The notes: generated by a model not told the origin, from the letters alone. A stretch of 64,000 nt of DNA from Candidatus Cloacimonadales bacterium (GCA_963677495.2 CAXXOU010000003.1:32001-96000), one strand, 5' to 3'; numbered from the stretch's first letter, positions 22,901 to 33,102 are shown. Numbers and translations are program-made.

Positions 22901-25900
22901 GCGAATATTTGGAACAAATGAAGTTCGGTTACCATTTGGAGGATTTGAAGGGGATGGGTTACTGCTATCACTATAGTAGAAGATTGATCTGTAACCTGCA
23001 GTAGCTGATGCAAGGAACCTATCACTACTGCTATTATAACCACCACCATTTTCATCAATAGCAATCACTAAGTTATCAACATTGTTATAATTGAATGGAG
23101 AATCTAACTCGAACTCTATCCAACCCGGGTTAGCCGGTGTTGTTGAGTATGGAGATATATCGACTTGAGTCAACTGTGAAAGCGGAATCCAGTCATTATT
23201 GGATGAGAACTCAGTTAGTGATGTATGCCCCATATAGATAGTCCAGTTCATGCTGTTAGAAAGACTTGAGCCACCGTTATAATAGTAGTAAATCTTATCA
23301 ATCTGGAAATTCTCTTTGTCAAGTTCAGATTGAAGATATATTGACTGAGTATAGTTATATCCGTAATAGCAGTTTATTGGCAAATAGGTACCGATATTAT
23401 CATCTTCTCCAATATTTACAAAGCCTGCATCACGAGTATCAAACTCCCAAATTGGACAGCTTGTTGCATCACCAAAACTGTTATATGGAACAACCTGCCA
23501 ATAATATGTAGTATCATAATCAAGTTCTTGACTAATAGTATACGATTCTACATAACCTAAAGCCAAGCCATTGATATGATTTGTAGGAGGATTATCAGTT
23601 CCAACATATAGTTTGGAACCTGTTGGGAACAGTCCGTTATAACTCCATTGGAGATTAGGATTCCGAATAACATGTCCTTCCTGGTTGTCAGGAGCAATAT
23701 ATGTAGCTGCTTCAGGTGGTAAATCTGAAGTTGAGAATGACCAGACAGGAATATTCTGTCCATCACCTGTATTATAATATGGTGTAACTGACCAATAATA
23801 TGTAACTCCACCTTGATAACCATTGTAGCTATACTCTAGTACGTTTCCTAAGTCCAAATCCTGATAGATATTTGTTGGAGGGTTATCAGTACCTAAACTA
23901 AGTCTATATCCATTAGCATTGTTTGTACTACTCCACTCCAGTAACTGAGTTAACGACCTCATAGTTTCCCCATCCAATGGTGCTACTAAAGTAGTTGGAA
24001 CCAATGGTAAATCTTGCAGATGGAATCTTGTATTTGGAATATATGAAACTCTGTTACCACTTGGTGGAGAAGCAGGAGATGGATTTAGAGTGTCACTATA
24101 GTAGTGTATACTCCTATTACTTCCAACAGAAGAACAATAGAAATCTTCACTACTTGAACTATAACCTCCAGAGTTCTCTTCTACTGCTACAACTAAGTTA
24201 TCCACATTATTGTATAAGAAAGGAGTGGTTAAAGTAATCTCTACCCAGTTATCTGAACCTATAACAGGATCACCACTAAAAACTTGGATTAAAGAACTAA
24301 CATCAATCCAATCAGATGAAGATGCATACTCTGTTTGCTGTGTATGCCCGATATATACGACCCAAGCATGATTGTTAGATAAGGTACCATTACCATTATG
24401 TTGATAATATATTTTATCTATTATCTTGTCATTCACATCTAATTCTGATTGATTGTAGATTGTTTGTGAGTATGAATATGCATAATATGGCTCAATTGGT
24501 AGATTTCTATTAACTGAATTTCCTGTTCCAATACCTATCCAATCATCACCAAGATTAGACTGAAAACTAAAATCACTTGTAGAGTAACCTGTTGTAAATC
24601 TATTCTTACAAACTACTCTCCAATAGTAATACGTTTCCTCTGTTAATGTTGGTGGAGACCACTGTCCACTTACCCCCGCAGGTTCATTAAACAGTACTTG
24701 GTTTACTGGTGGGAAGACTGTATCAAAGTAAAAGTCATATGTATCAGTGTTGACACCGAAATCCCAAGAAATAGTAGGATTCAGGTCAACATAGATTGCC
24801 TGGTATTCCGGAGATACATTGCTGATTGCAGATGGCAACATACCTGATGTTGTGAAACTATATGTGGATTGTGTTTCAACTTGAGCATTACTATTTTTCG
24901 ATACAACAGTCCAATAATAATCTGTGTATATTGTTAAGTCACCTGGATCATATGAACCAGAGACTCCAGCTACTGCGTCTGAAACAACTAAAGTGGTTGG
25001 AGGATTAACTGTATCAAAATAGAGATCATATGTTTCTGTATTTATACCGAAATCCCAGCTTAAATCAACTTCACAATCAATATCATTTCCCGTATTTAAC
25101 GGTGATTCATTACTTATTACTCCAGGTGTCATATCTATAGTTGTAAAAGAAAACTCATTTGTAGTTTCTGTTGATGTGTTCGAATTTCTAAGTACAACTT
25201 TCCAATAATACGTAGTATTATCAGTTAGAATACCAGGATCATATGTAGCACTTACTCCCGCTACAGCATTATCAGTAACCATACTTACCGGAGGATTGAC
25301 AGTATCAAAATACAAATCATAATTCTCAGTATTGATGCCAAAATCAAAATTCAAAGTAGTATCAAGTGGAAGATTACTACTAGCATCAATAGGTGTGTAA
25401 GAGACAAGTGATTCAGGAGTATAATCTATAGTCGTGAAAGAATAGTTATCTTCTGAATCTCCACCACCTGCATCATAGCTAAATATTTGTAAAAAATATG
25501 TAGTCCCATCCATAAGTGTTCCCGGAGTGAAACTTCCCTGACCTGAAACAGATCCACCAACTACATGCTCAACAGTTGGAGGATTATCTGTACCGAATAA
25601 AAGATCATATGTAACAGTATCAGGTGCGAAATCCCAAGTAATAGTTGGACTCAGCTCTACATCTACTGCACCGTCTGTTGGTAACATATTTGTTACATTA
25701 CCGGGTCCTGAAATACTTCCTGATTGGTCAGCTGATACATTGATGACATAAACACCATTGTTTGAGCTATAACCTTCAACACAAATATAATATATGCTCC
25801 CCTGATTTAATGGAATATTATATATTCTTGAATCGTTACCGGTTCCACCATCATCATCTGCCCAAAGTTGTGTCATTGTTGAATCATAGACTCTAAGGTA

Positions 25901-26146
25901 AGTGTCAAAAGATGAACCACTAAGGTCAATATCTACATTGGTTAAGTCCATGCTTGGAGCAATTGAATAAAAGACATCTTTTGCTGTATTTCCAACAGTG
26001 TTAGTTACTGAAAAATGGTTTGTGTTACCAGTATCATAAAATGGTAAACTCTCAATCTCAACTGCTGTGCTATAGGTGTTCCCCCCTGTAGCAAAAACTA
26101 ATTGTGTTATTAAAAATAGGATAAAAACTATTCCCAATCTCTTCAT
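19958..26146 (-). CDS. 2062-aa acidic secreted/surface protein: PPC-like domain, repeated Fn3/Ig-like modules, cadherin-like segment
   Basis: Signal peptide; FDTYLRVY..DDDG; repeated YDLYFDTVNPP...YYW modules; duplicated PIxxYYxYxYxQxIYxQSEL domain. Confidence 0.85.
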   Translation of the reverse strand: MKRLGIVFILFLITQLVFATGGNTYSTAVEIESLPFYDTGNTNHFSVTNTVGNTAKDVFYSIAPSMDLTNVDIDLSGSSFDTYLRVYDSTMTQLWADDDGGTGNDSRIYNIPLNQGSIYYICVEGYSSNNGVYVINVSADQSGSISGPGNVTNMLPTDGAVDVELSPTITWDFAPDTVTYDLLFGTDNPPTVEHVVGGSVSGQGSFTPGTLMDGTTYFLQIFSYDAGGGDSEDNYSFTTIDYTPESLVSYTPIDASSNLPLDTTLNFDFGINTENYDLYFDTVNPPVSMVTDNAVAGVSATYDPGILTDNTTYYWKVVLRNSNTSTETTNEFSFTTIDMTPGVISNESPLNTGNDIDCEVDLSWDFGINTETYDLYFDTVNPPTTLVVSDAVAGVSGSYDPGDLTIYTDYYWTVVSKNSNAQVETQSTYSFTTSGMLPSAISNVSPEYQAIYVDLNPTISWDFGVNTDTYDFYFDTVFPPVNQVLFNEPAGVSGQWSPPTLTEETYYYWRVVCKNRFTTGYSTSDFSFQSNLGDDWIGIGTGNSVNRNLPIEPYYAYSYSQTIYNQSELDVNDKIIDKIYYQHNGNGTLSNNHAWVVYIGHTQQTEYASSSDWIDVSSLIQVFSGDPVIGSDNWVEITLTTPFLYNNVDNLVVAVEENSGGYSSSSEDFYCSSVGSNRSIHYYSDTLNPSPASPPSGNRVSYIPNTRFHLQDLPLVPTTLVAPLDGETMRSLTQLLEWSSTNNANGYRLSLGTDNPPTNIYQDLDLGNVLEYSYNGYQGGVTYYWSVTPYYNTGDGQNIPVWSFSTSDLPPEAATYIAPDNQEGHVIRNPNLQWSYNGLFPTGSKLYVGTDNPPTNHINGLALGYVESYTISQELDYDTTYYWQVVPYNSFGDATSCPIWEFDTRDAGFVNIGEDDNIGTYLPINCYYGYNYTQSIYLQSELDKENFQIDKIYYYYNGGSSLSNSMNWTIYMGHTSLTEFSSNNDWIPLSQLTQVDISPYSTTPANPGWIEFELDSPFNYNNVDNLVIAIDENGGGYNSSSDRFLASATAGYRSIFYYSDSSNPSPSNPPNGNRTSFVPNIRIQMEPAVQFNEDTTLTVVNSFKEQAVASWTGNTEVSVLLANEDITFSATENWYGTEVLDIYDADGTWISELTVRVLSVNDVPTVVNPIASEVITSDESINLIDLDTVFTDVEDTSLSLSFGTTPNFNITLNPDNTAQITPVVDFDGGEMLYFYGQDSGNAVGVDSFYVEVLDDYLISEDFDQSGALPTGWTTEHLGTTTNPWTATLVAETNYTVNVSNSLFASCNERLLTPLYDLSSVRDIEIGFEHDFLTTSGTTTANFQYSIDGGTWTDVSSYLVTATGFESFALDALNYQGNVQFRFLYSASELSDNHWIIDNFSINGIVDDITLPSLQNLTVAPASTNSVLLGWDEYASEQFSTFEVEMADNEYFTNAVSLTSADYADLGVQTTTSVEVNVPASNAMWYFRARIVFESYQGEFTDYVTQYLSTGPVFTNNTTTDPVVNDNHQATISVTMDDLEDIDMNSIQYRVDYNLNDVYDESWEDYTLPIRSALDSRDTQSIDVALTLPSSGIFKFEFRAMDSYGHGYSYSGTNGDEGIIDDWAIEHIFMPAVAGITSELISPTELILSWDEFTGDRFDQFVLEYADNDQYTGSIIIDGTTESSFLNDTTTQINITALYPETTWYFRMHVDYDVYATPVADYFVFIPPTPEITNLTPAEIQYNNLQEAVVTCKITDEEAINLNSVQIRVDYDRNGSYNEPWVNYIEPELSLARSNVRTTRSDSVEISIPVYPTDSGTYQYEIRVMNSMGYGYSGTMDEIGISDDWSFDFIYDTTPPTDITVFAVVGVPADTEITLGWLITADDYFSHYELYYSTSTGVSENDALWSVDDDPNMGQIGVTFQQTILTGLTPGTQYFFTVRAVDLAGNTTALYPEISALMAGGAAPVAPVITSVTESNGDILLDWDDVVLDVNGNPITVTSYKVYADNNPYFTVSVSTLIGTTPTSDFTHAGGGSVAHKFYRVVAVVGGRAVQSSGSTLFMKSTR

Positions 26147-26391
26147 ATAAACCTCCTCTCTAACATGTTAAGTTATCAAAAATTAACATTTTGCAAATAT
26201 TTGATTTCGAAAATTGGGTGTCAAGATTTAATAAGAAAGTAATGAGATAAACTCTGTTTTAGAAGAACTTATGCTTATTTTGAAGAAATGCTACTTAATG
26301 ATTGACAATTAACTTCTTAATGCACAAAATGAAATCATAAACAAGGAAAGTATAAGCAAACGATTAACCTCACATGCAATCAGCGGGAAAC

Positions 26392-28608
26392 ATGAAAAAA
26401 CTGAACTTAACATTTTTCTACCTATCATTATTGGTTGGTTTATTCCTTTGGTTACTAGATGCAATCTTAGATTGTTTTTTCTACGAAGGGAATTTCATTC
26501 AAACACTTATTTTGGGTATACCGAGACAAGAACTCTTTATTCGTATATCTGTTCTATTTGTGCTAGGTGTGTTTGGCTTAATAGTCTCACATTATTATAC
26601 CAAATCAAAGCTGTTGAGCCAAATGAATAAACGGAATCAAGAAAGGCTTTCTCGAATGCTAAACCTTTCTCCTATGGGAGTGATCACACTAAACTTTAAT
26701 GGTAATTTTGAGTTCTTTAATAAAGCATTTATTAATACAACCGGTTATCAATTAAGTGATTTAGAAACAATAAATGACTGGTTTGAATTATTATATCCCG
26801 ACACTCAAAGGAGAAAAGCTGTAAGAAAACTTTGGGAAAATGATATTAATCAGGTGAGGTTAGGAAAGAAAGAGATAATAACCTCTGTACAACCGATTAA
26901 CTGTAAAGATGGTTCAGTTGTTTATGCTTCAATATCAGCGTCAATAGTTGAAGAGCAGATAGTATTGTCTTTTCTTGATATAACTGAGATTAAGGAAGCA
27001 GCTCTGAAAGTTGAGCAGCAACAGAAACAATTAAGACAGATAATTAACTTAGTCCCACATTTCATATATGTTGTGGATGCGGATGGGATATATAAACTAG
27101 TTAATAAGGCTGTAGCTGACTTTGTTGGGCTTACTGTTGAAGAACTTGAAGGCAGTAAGAGCTGCGAAGAGCCTGTATCAGATGAAGATGTAAAAAGGTT
27201 TAGAAGTACGAATGAGGAAATATTGTCAGGAAATTGTAGCAAGCTAGAATACTTTGAGACTCTGACTCATAAGGATAACAAATTATTCAATTTCAAAACA
27301 TTGAAGGTACCATTCGACGTAGAAGATGAATCCAAGAAATATGTGCTTGGAGTATCAGTAAACATTACAGATTTGAAAGAAGCCAAGAAAAGTGAAAAGG
27401 ATTTACATAATGTTCTAGAAAACATAGTCCACAATAGCTCAAATATGTTCTACCAGCATGATACAAACTTCAATCTAACTTATGTTAGTCCACAGATTAA
27501 AAATCTTTTGGGCTATGAAGTAGAATATGCGTTAAATAATGGAACGAAGTGTACAACAGATAATCCCATAAATGAAGAGGCGATTATCCATACAAAGAAA
27601 GCAATTGAAACAGGTATAGCACAACCATACTTTGAAATGGAGCTGATACATAAAGATGGTAATATTGTTTGGGTAGAAGTCAGAGAGACACCCTTAATAA
27701 AAGATGGGAAAGTTATTGCTATTGTAGGAGCATTAATTGACATCACTGCTAAAAAAAGACATGAGCTTCAACAGAAGACTTACCAAGAAGACTTGCAAAA
27801 ACAGATTATTGAACGAACAAAAACTCTTGAGGAAAAAACAAACTCCCTAAAAGAATCACAGGTCGCATTAACTTATCTCCTTGAAGATGTCAATGAAGCT
27901 CAGTCCGAGTTAGTAAAGGCTAATGAGGAATTAGTTGCAATGAATGAAGAATTAGAATCTTTCTCATACACTATTTCACACGATTTAAGATCACCCTTAA
28001 GAGCTATAAACGGATTCACAAAGATTCTTAGTGAAGAATATTGCAATAGCTTTGATGAAGAGGGAAAACGCTTGATGAGTATAGTTTGCAATAATGTTAC
28101 AATGATGAGTGATTTAATAAACGACCTTCTCAACTATTCTAAACTAGGTAGAAAGATGATACAGAATAGGGTTATAGATATGAATCAAGTAGTAGAAGTA
28201 GAGCTCGATTTAGCTACAAAGATTAGTGAGAATGATAAACTAAAACTTATCAAGCATAAGCTTCCTCAAGCCAAGGGGGATATTGTCTTAATTAAACAAG
28301 TATGGCAAAACCTTATATCTAATGCAATAAAGTACAGTAGTAAGGTTGAGTTCCCAATAATAGAAATAGGTTCTTTTATAAAAGATGAGCATGTGGTATA
28401 TTTTATTAAAGATAATGGTGTTGGTTTCGATATGAAGTATCATCACAAAATCTTTGGTGTTTTCGAACGTTTGCATTCTCTTCTAGAGTTTGAAGGTACA
28501 GGAGTTGGATTAGCAATTGCATATAGGATTATTCAAAAACATAATGGTAAAATCTGGGCAGAATCAGAACTAAACAAAGCAACTACATTCTATTTTTATA
28601 TAAATTAA
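26392..28608 (+). CDS. Membrane PAS sensor histidine kinase
   Basis: 2 TM, 3 PAS, FSYTISHDLRSPL H-box, NLISNAIKY, DNGVGF, GTGVGL. Confidence 0.92.
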   Translation: MKKLNLTFFYLSLLVGLFLWLLDAILDCFFYEGNFIQTLILGIPRQELFIRISVLFVLGVFGLIVSHYYTKSKLLSQMNKRNQERLSRMLNLSPMGVITLNFNGNFEFFNKAFINTTGYQLSDLETINDWFELLYPDTQRRKAVRKLWENDINQVRLGKKEIITSVQPINCKDGSVVYASISASIVEEQIVLSFLDITEIKEAALKVEQQQKQLRQIINLVPHFIYVVDADGIYKLVNKAVADFVGLTVEELEGSKSCEEPVSDEDVKRFRSTNEEILSGNCSKLEYFETLTHKDNKLFNFKTLKVPFDVEDESKKYVLGVSVNITDLKEAKKSEKDLHNVLENIVHNSSNMFYQHDTNFNLTYVSPQIKNLLGYEVEYALNNGTKCTTDNPINEEAIIHTKKAIETGIAQPYFEMELIHKDGNIVWVEVRETPLIKDGKVIAIVGALIDITAKKRHELQQKTYQEDLQKQIIERTKTLEEKTNSLKESQVALTYLLEDVNEAQSELVKANEELVAMNEELESFSYTISHDLRSPLRAINGFTKILSEEYCNSFDEEGKRLMSIVCNNVTMMSDLINDLLNYSKLGRKMIQNRVIDMNQVVEVELDLATKISENDKLKLIKHKLPQAKGDIVLIKQVWQNLISNAIKYSSKVEFPIIEIGSFIKDEHVVYFIKDNGVGFDMKYHHKIFGVFERLHSLLEFEGTGVGLAIAYRIIQKHNGKIWAESELNKATTFYFYIN

Positions 28609-28609
28609 T

Positions 28610-30157
28610 ATGAGGTACAGTATGATTGATAACTATCAAACCAAATATGATGCTCTATTCAATCAAAACTTGGTTGGTATGATATACACTAATATACAAG
28701 GGGACTTTAAAGAAGTTAATGATAAATTTGCTCACATGTTAGGTTACACTAAAGATGAGCTAATCAATAGGAACTTTAAAGAAATCACTCACCCGGAAGA
28801 TTTAAATCTAAGTGATGAGAGTATTATGCAACTTGAGAAAGGACTTATTGATACTTTTACAATCGATAAACGCTATTTACACAAAAATGGCTCTCCAATT
28901 TGGGTAAGACTTCATGTTAAAGAAATAAAATCTAAGGATAAAGATGATAGAACTATTTTAGCTATAGTTTTAGATATATCTGAACAGGTTAAATGTAAGA
29001 ATAGATTGGAGAAGAATATCCAAGCATTAACAACTCCCTTGGAAAATCTCGAGAGCATAGAGTTTCAGACCCTATTCGATGTTAATGATATACAGCAGAT
29101 TCAAGATATTTTTTCTGATTCTACAGGGGTTGCTTCTATTATAACATATCCTTGTGGACAACCCATAACTAAGCCAAGTAATTTTAGAAGAGTTTGTTCT
29201 GATATCATAAGATCAACTGAAGAGGGGTTTAAAAGATGCAAGCATTCTGATTCATATATTGGTAAAATGAACCAGGATAAAGCGAACGTAATTGAATGCT
29301 TATCATGCGGATTATGGGATGCCGGTGTGAATATTTCTGTAGGTGGAAAACACTTAGCTAATTGGCTCATCGGCCAAGTTAGAGATAAAGATGTTGATAA
29401 AGAAAGACTTATTGAATATAGTAAGGTTATTGGAGTTAATGAAGATGAGCTTATAAAAGCTTATTTAGAAGTGCCAATAATGGAACTACAGCAGTTTGAA
29501 AAAATAGCAAAAGCCCTATTTATAGTTTCTCAACAACTTTCCAAGATAGCGTATCAAAACCTACAACAAGCTCGTCTTATTGCCAAACTTCAGCGTATAG
29601 AAGAAGATCTCAAGAAAAATGAGGATAATCTCTCTAAAGTACAAGAAATTAGCAGATTAGGAGTTTGGGAGATTGACACTGAAACAAATGTCATTACTTG
29701 GTCGGAGCAAAACTATAAAAACTTTGGTGTCAAATATGGGGAGCCAGTTGACTATGATAGATTTCTTAGTACAATACATCCGGAAGATGTTGAATATGTT
29801 AGTAACAAATGGAATAAGGCTCTTCAAGGTGAAGATTATGACATAGAACATAGAATTATTATTGATAATCATGTGGAATGGGTCAGAGAGAAGGCTGAAG
29901 TTTTCTTTGATGAGATAGGAAAACCATTAAAGGCAATTGGCTTCACACAAAACATAAGTGAGAGAAAATTAATAGAGTTAGAATTAAAGAAATATAAAGA
30001 CTCCTTAGAAGAGATTGTTCATGCCAGAACTCATGAATTAGAGGAAAAGAACAAGGAGTTAGAGCGTTACAACAACCTGTTTGTTGGTAGAGAGTTTAGG
30101 ATAAAAGAGTTGAAAGATAAACTCAAAGAGCTTGAATCTAAATTAAACAAGAACTAG
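28610..30157 (+). CDS. PAS-PocR-PAS sensor lacking an output domain
   Basis: ITHPED PAS; PocR TGVASIIT...C...GLWDAG...NWLIGQV; IHPED PAS; tail NNLFVGREFRIKELK. Confidence 0.85.
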   Translation: MRYSMIDNYQTKYDALFNQNLVGMIYTNIQGDFKEVNDKFAHMLGYTKDELINRNFKEITHPEDLNLSDESIMQLEKGLIDTFTIDKRYLHKNGSPIWVRLHVKEIKSKDKDDRTILAIVLDISEQVKCKNRLEKNIQALTTPLENLESIEFQTLFDVNDIQQIQDIFSDSTGVASIITYPCGQPITKPSNFRRVCSDIIRSTEEGFKRCKHSDSYIGKMNQDKANVIECLSCGLWDAGVNISVGGKHLANWLIGQVRDKDVDKERLIEYSKVIGVNEDELIKAYLEVPIMELQQFEKIAKALFIVSQQLSKIAYQNLQQARLIAKLQRIEEDLKKNEDNLSKVQEISRLGVWEIDTETNVITWSEQNYKNFGVKYGEPVDYDRFLSTIHPEDVEYVSNKWNKALQGEDYDIEHRIIIDNHVEWVREKAEVFFDEIGKPLKAIGFTQNISERKLIELELKKYKDSLEEIVHARTHELEEKNKELERYNNLFVGREFRIKELKDKLKELESKLNKN

Positions 30158-30405
30158 TTTCAGAAGTCTCGAATAGAGAAAACTGAAAAAGTAATTGACT
30201 ATAAACCAAGTTTAACTGAAAAGTCAGTTACAATGAATAAATATTTGCAGGGAGAACATCAGATGTTCAAACGTTATTATTGAAAATGACAAATTAAGCT
30301 ACAGCCAGTTTGGTTGTATTCAAAACAATTAACAGCATAACCCTGCGTTAGTTAGTCATTTCTTATGATGTTTCGCAGGTGTGCGAAATATAAGAGAGGT
30401 GACTA

Positions 30406-31674
30406 ATGTCTTCTAATTATTATCCCCTATGGTCTAAACTGGGTTTAGATCTTGAAACACATGATGCTTTACTCGCAGCCTTAGGTAGTGGGTATGAGAG
30501 TGTATTCCTTAATCAAAAGAACCGTCCTGCAGGGATGGAGTACTTTGATTTTGTTATGTCTGAAGTTCATGGACTAAGGATTAAAGAGATTGATGATGCT
30601 AGAGAACAAGGTAAGCTTGTTGTTGGATCATTCTGTGTATTTGTTCCTGAAGAACTAATACTAGCTGTAGATGGCGTGTCTGTAGGTCTATGCGCAGGTG
30701 CAGAGTTTGGCTTTGATTTAGCTGAACAACATATTCCACGTAACACATGTGCTTTAATCAAATCTGCATTTGGTTTCAAACTTACTAAAGTTTGTCCCTA
30801 CATGGAAACCTCTGACATCATTGTTGGAGAAAACACATGTGATGGTAAGAAGAAAGCTTATGAAGAATTTGCAAAACTTGAGCCTAAACTATATGTTATG
30901 GATTTACCACAAACAAAGTCTGATTCCGGTAAAGCTCTTCTCAAAGCTGAGTATATCAAGTTTATCCAGCTATTAGAAGAGAAATCAGGTAAAAAAATAA
31001 CTCTTGAATCTCTTACAAAAGCTATTGAGACTGTAAATAATAAACGTAAAGCTTTAGCTAGACTAAACAACTTAAGAAAGCTGTCCCCATCTCCTATCTC
31101 AGGACTTGATGCACTGCTAATCAATCAGGTCTTTTTCTATGATGATCCTCTAAGATTTACAGATTCAGTAAACAAGATCTGCGATACTCTAGAAGAGAAA
31201 GTAACAGATTCCCAATCAGATAAGCCTAGACTTATTGTTTCCGGGTGCCCAATGGCTGTACCAAACTGGAAACTTCCATCTATCATTGAAACTAGTGGTG
31301 CTGTAATTGTAGGAGAAGAATCGTGTGTCGGAGAGCGTGGGGCAAGAAACATTACAGAATCAAAAGCAGATACTCTTGAGCAGCTGGTTGATAATATTGT
31401 TGATAGATATTTCAAGAACGATTGTGCCATCTTTACTCCAAACGTTGAAAGAACAGAGCATATAAAAGAGATGGTTAAAAAATATAATGCTGATGGTGTT
31501 GTACATTACTCATTACAGTTCTGCCAGCCTTATGATATAGAGAGCAGAAGTGTTGAAGAGGAACTTGAAAAGAATGATATCCCAACTCTCAATATTGTAA
31601 CTGACTATAGCCAGGAAGATGTTGGCCAGTTGAAAACACGTATTGAAGCATTTATTGAAAGAATTAAGGATTGA
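30406..31674 (+). CDS. 2-hydroxyacyl-CoA dehydratase family, double-cubane cluster protein type
   Basis: GSFCVFVPEEL, GLCAG, NTCALIKS, CPY, ENTCDGKKK, EESCVG, CAIF, QFCQPY. Confidence 0.88.
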   Translation: MSSNYYPLWSKLGLDLETHDALLAALGSGYESVFLNQKNRPAGMEYFDFVMSEVHGLRIKEIDDAREQGKLVVGSFCVFVPEELILAVDGVSVGLCAGAEFGFDLAEQHIPRNTCALIKSAFGFKLTKVCPYMETSDIIVGENTCDGKKKAYEEFAKLEPKLYVMDLPQTKSDSGKALLKAEYIKFIQLLEEKSGKKITLESLTKAIETVNNKRKALARLNNLRKLSPSPISGLDALLINQVFFYDDPLRFTDSVNKICDTLEEKVTDSQSDKPRLIVSGCPMAVPNWKLPSIIETSGAVIVGEESCVGERGARNITESKADTLEQLVDNIVDRYFKNDCAIFTPNVERTEHIKEMVKKYNADGVVHYSLQFCQPYDIESRSVEEELEKNDIPTLNIVTDYSQEDVGQLKTRIEAFIERIKD

Positions 31675-31729
31675 TAGGCTAATTGGTCTGTCGACTATAT
31701 GTCGGCAGACCTAACTTTTAGGAGTAAAT

Positions 31730-32476
31730 ATGTTATTTGGTGGTTTGGATATAGGATCAAGAACAATCAAACTTGTGCTAGTAGAGAATAACGAAATTGT
31801 TTCTCAAGAAGTAATGAAAAACACATTCGATAAGAAGTTCATTAAAGAGGGACTGGTCGGTTCATATGATATTGACCACTTGACCATAACCGGTTATGGT
31901 CGCCATCTTTTTGATAATGAAGAGAACTGTAGTATTATCACAGAGATAAAAGCATTTTCACTTGGTATTCATCATCTCTTTCCTGAATGTAGAACAATAC
32001 TGGATATAGGTGGACAAGATACAAAAGCTATATCTCTTGATTCCAAAGGAAGGATGAAGAAGTTCGTGATGAATGATAAATGTGCTGCAGGCACCGGAAG
32101 GTTTTTGGAGATTATGGCTAATGCTCTAAATTATGAACTCTCAATGTTTGGAGATGCTGCCATAAAAGCAAAATCAACTGTTAAAGTTAATAACATGTGC
32201 ACTGTATTCGCTGAATCAGAGGTTATCTCACTTCTCTCAAACGGTATTAATCGAGAGGACATTGCAAAGGGTATTCATGAATCCATTGTTAGACGTGCAA
32301 TTTCCCAGCTTCAAACCATTGGATTAAAGGATAAGCTAGCTTTTGTCGGAGGTGTTGCCTTGAATAAGGCTATGAGACATATTCTTCAAGACCTGTTGCA
32401 AACAGATATTATAACACCTGAAAATCCTCAAATAGTAGGTGCTCTTGGTTGCGCAATTCATAGTATGAATAATTAG
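31730..32476 (+). CDS. ATP-dependent dehydratase activase (HgdC/BadF-like ASKHA)
   Basis: GLDIGSRTIK, TGYGR, DIGGQDTK, MNDKCAAGTGRFLE, CTVFAESE. Confidence 0.92.
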   Translation: MLFGGLDIGSRTIKLVLVENNEIVSQEVMKNTFDKKFIKEGLVGSYDIDHLTITGYGRHLFDNEENCSIITEIKAFSLGIHHLFPECRTILDIGGQDTKAISLDSKGRMKKFVMNDKCAAGTGRFLEIMANALNYELSMFGDAAIKAKSTVKVNNMCTVFAESEVISLLSNGINREDIAKGIHESIVRRAISQLQTIGLKDKLAFVGGVALNKAMRHILQDLLQTDIITPENPQIVGALGCAIHSMNN

Positions 32477-32537
32477 ACTTAATGTATCCACAGCTCTAGA
32501 CATTTCCATAGAACTCCTGCAAAAAACTAGTATCAAA

Positions 32538-32618
32538 CCACGCATTATCCACGGATAAACCACGCCTAAACCATGGGAGCCGTGGTTAACCCGTGGATTA
32601 CCCGTGGTCAACCCGTGG
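32538..32618. repeat. 11-bp-phased inverted array, CCACG x4 then CGTGG x4
   Basis: Cores at 32538/49/60/71 (last CCATG) and 32581/92/603/614. Confidence 0.85.
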
Positions 32619-33102
32619 TCAGGAATCAAACATCAACCTGTCATCAGACTATCTTAATTCGGATTGAAATTCCATCTTTTTCTGCCCACTTCCCAAACAG
32701 TTTCTTATGATTTAGCTCAGGGGAGCCCCAAGAGACTCACCAGTTTCGGGCAATTTTCTCTGCTTTATTATGATAGAGCAATGAGAGGTAAATAATACAG
32801 CTAAAGTGATTTGCTGAATGATTACTTTGCTTTCAGTTGTTCTGATTTGTGGACTTAGTGGACGTGAGTGGACTAGTGTTTGATTGCTTTATCTTAATAA
32901 AAATCCGACTTTCATCTATTTGCAATCTGAAGCCAATCCGATTCTCATCTGTTATAATGGGAAGCTAACGGGTATCTAACGGGAAGCTAACGGGGAATTC
33001 TTGGGTAATAAGGAACTGAAATTATAAGGGTACTTGACTGAAAAAAGAAAACCTGTATTGTTACAGGTTTTGGGTTAAAAATCACTATTACTAGATTATA
33101 GC

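Noticed and set aside
20163..24237. Many small ORFs overlapping the 2062-aa gene, dnaE, fusA and pruA
   Set aside because: Shadow frames of long genuine genes.
32336..32629. 97-aa minus-strand ORF
   Set aside because: Arises from the CCACG/CGTGG array and is antisense to the activase gene.
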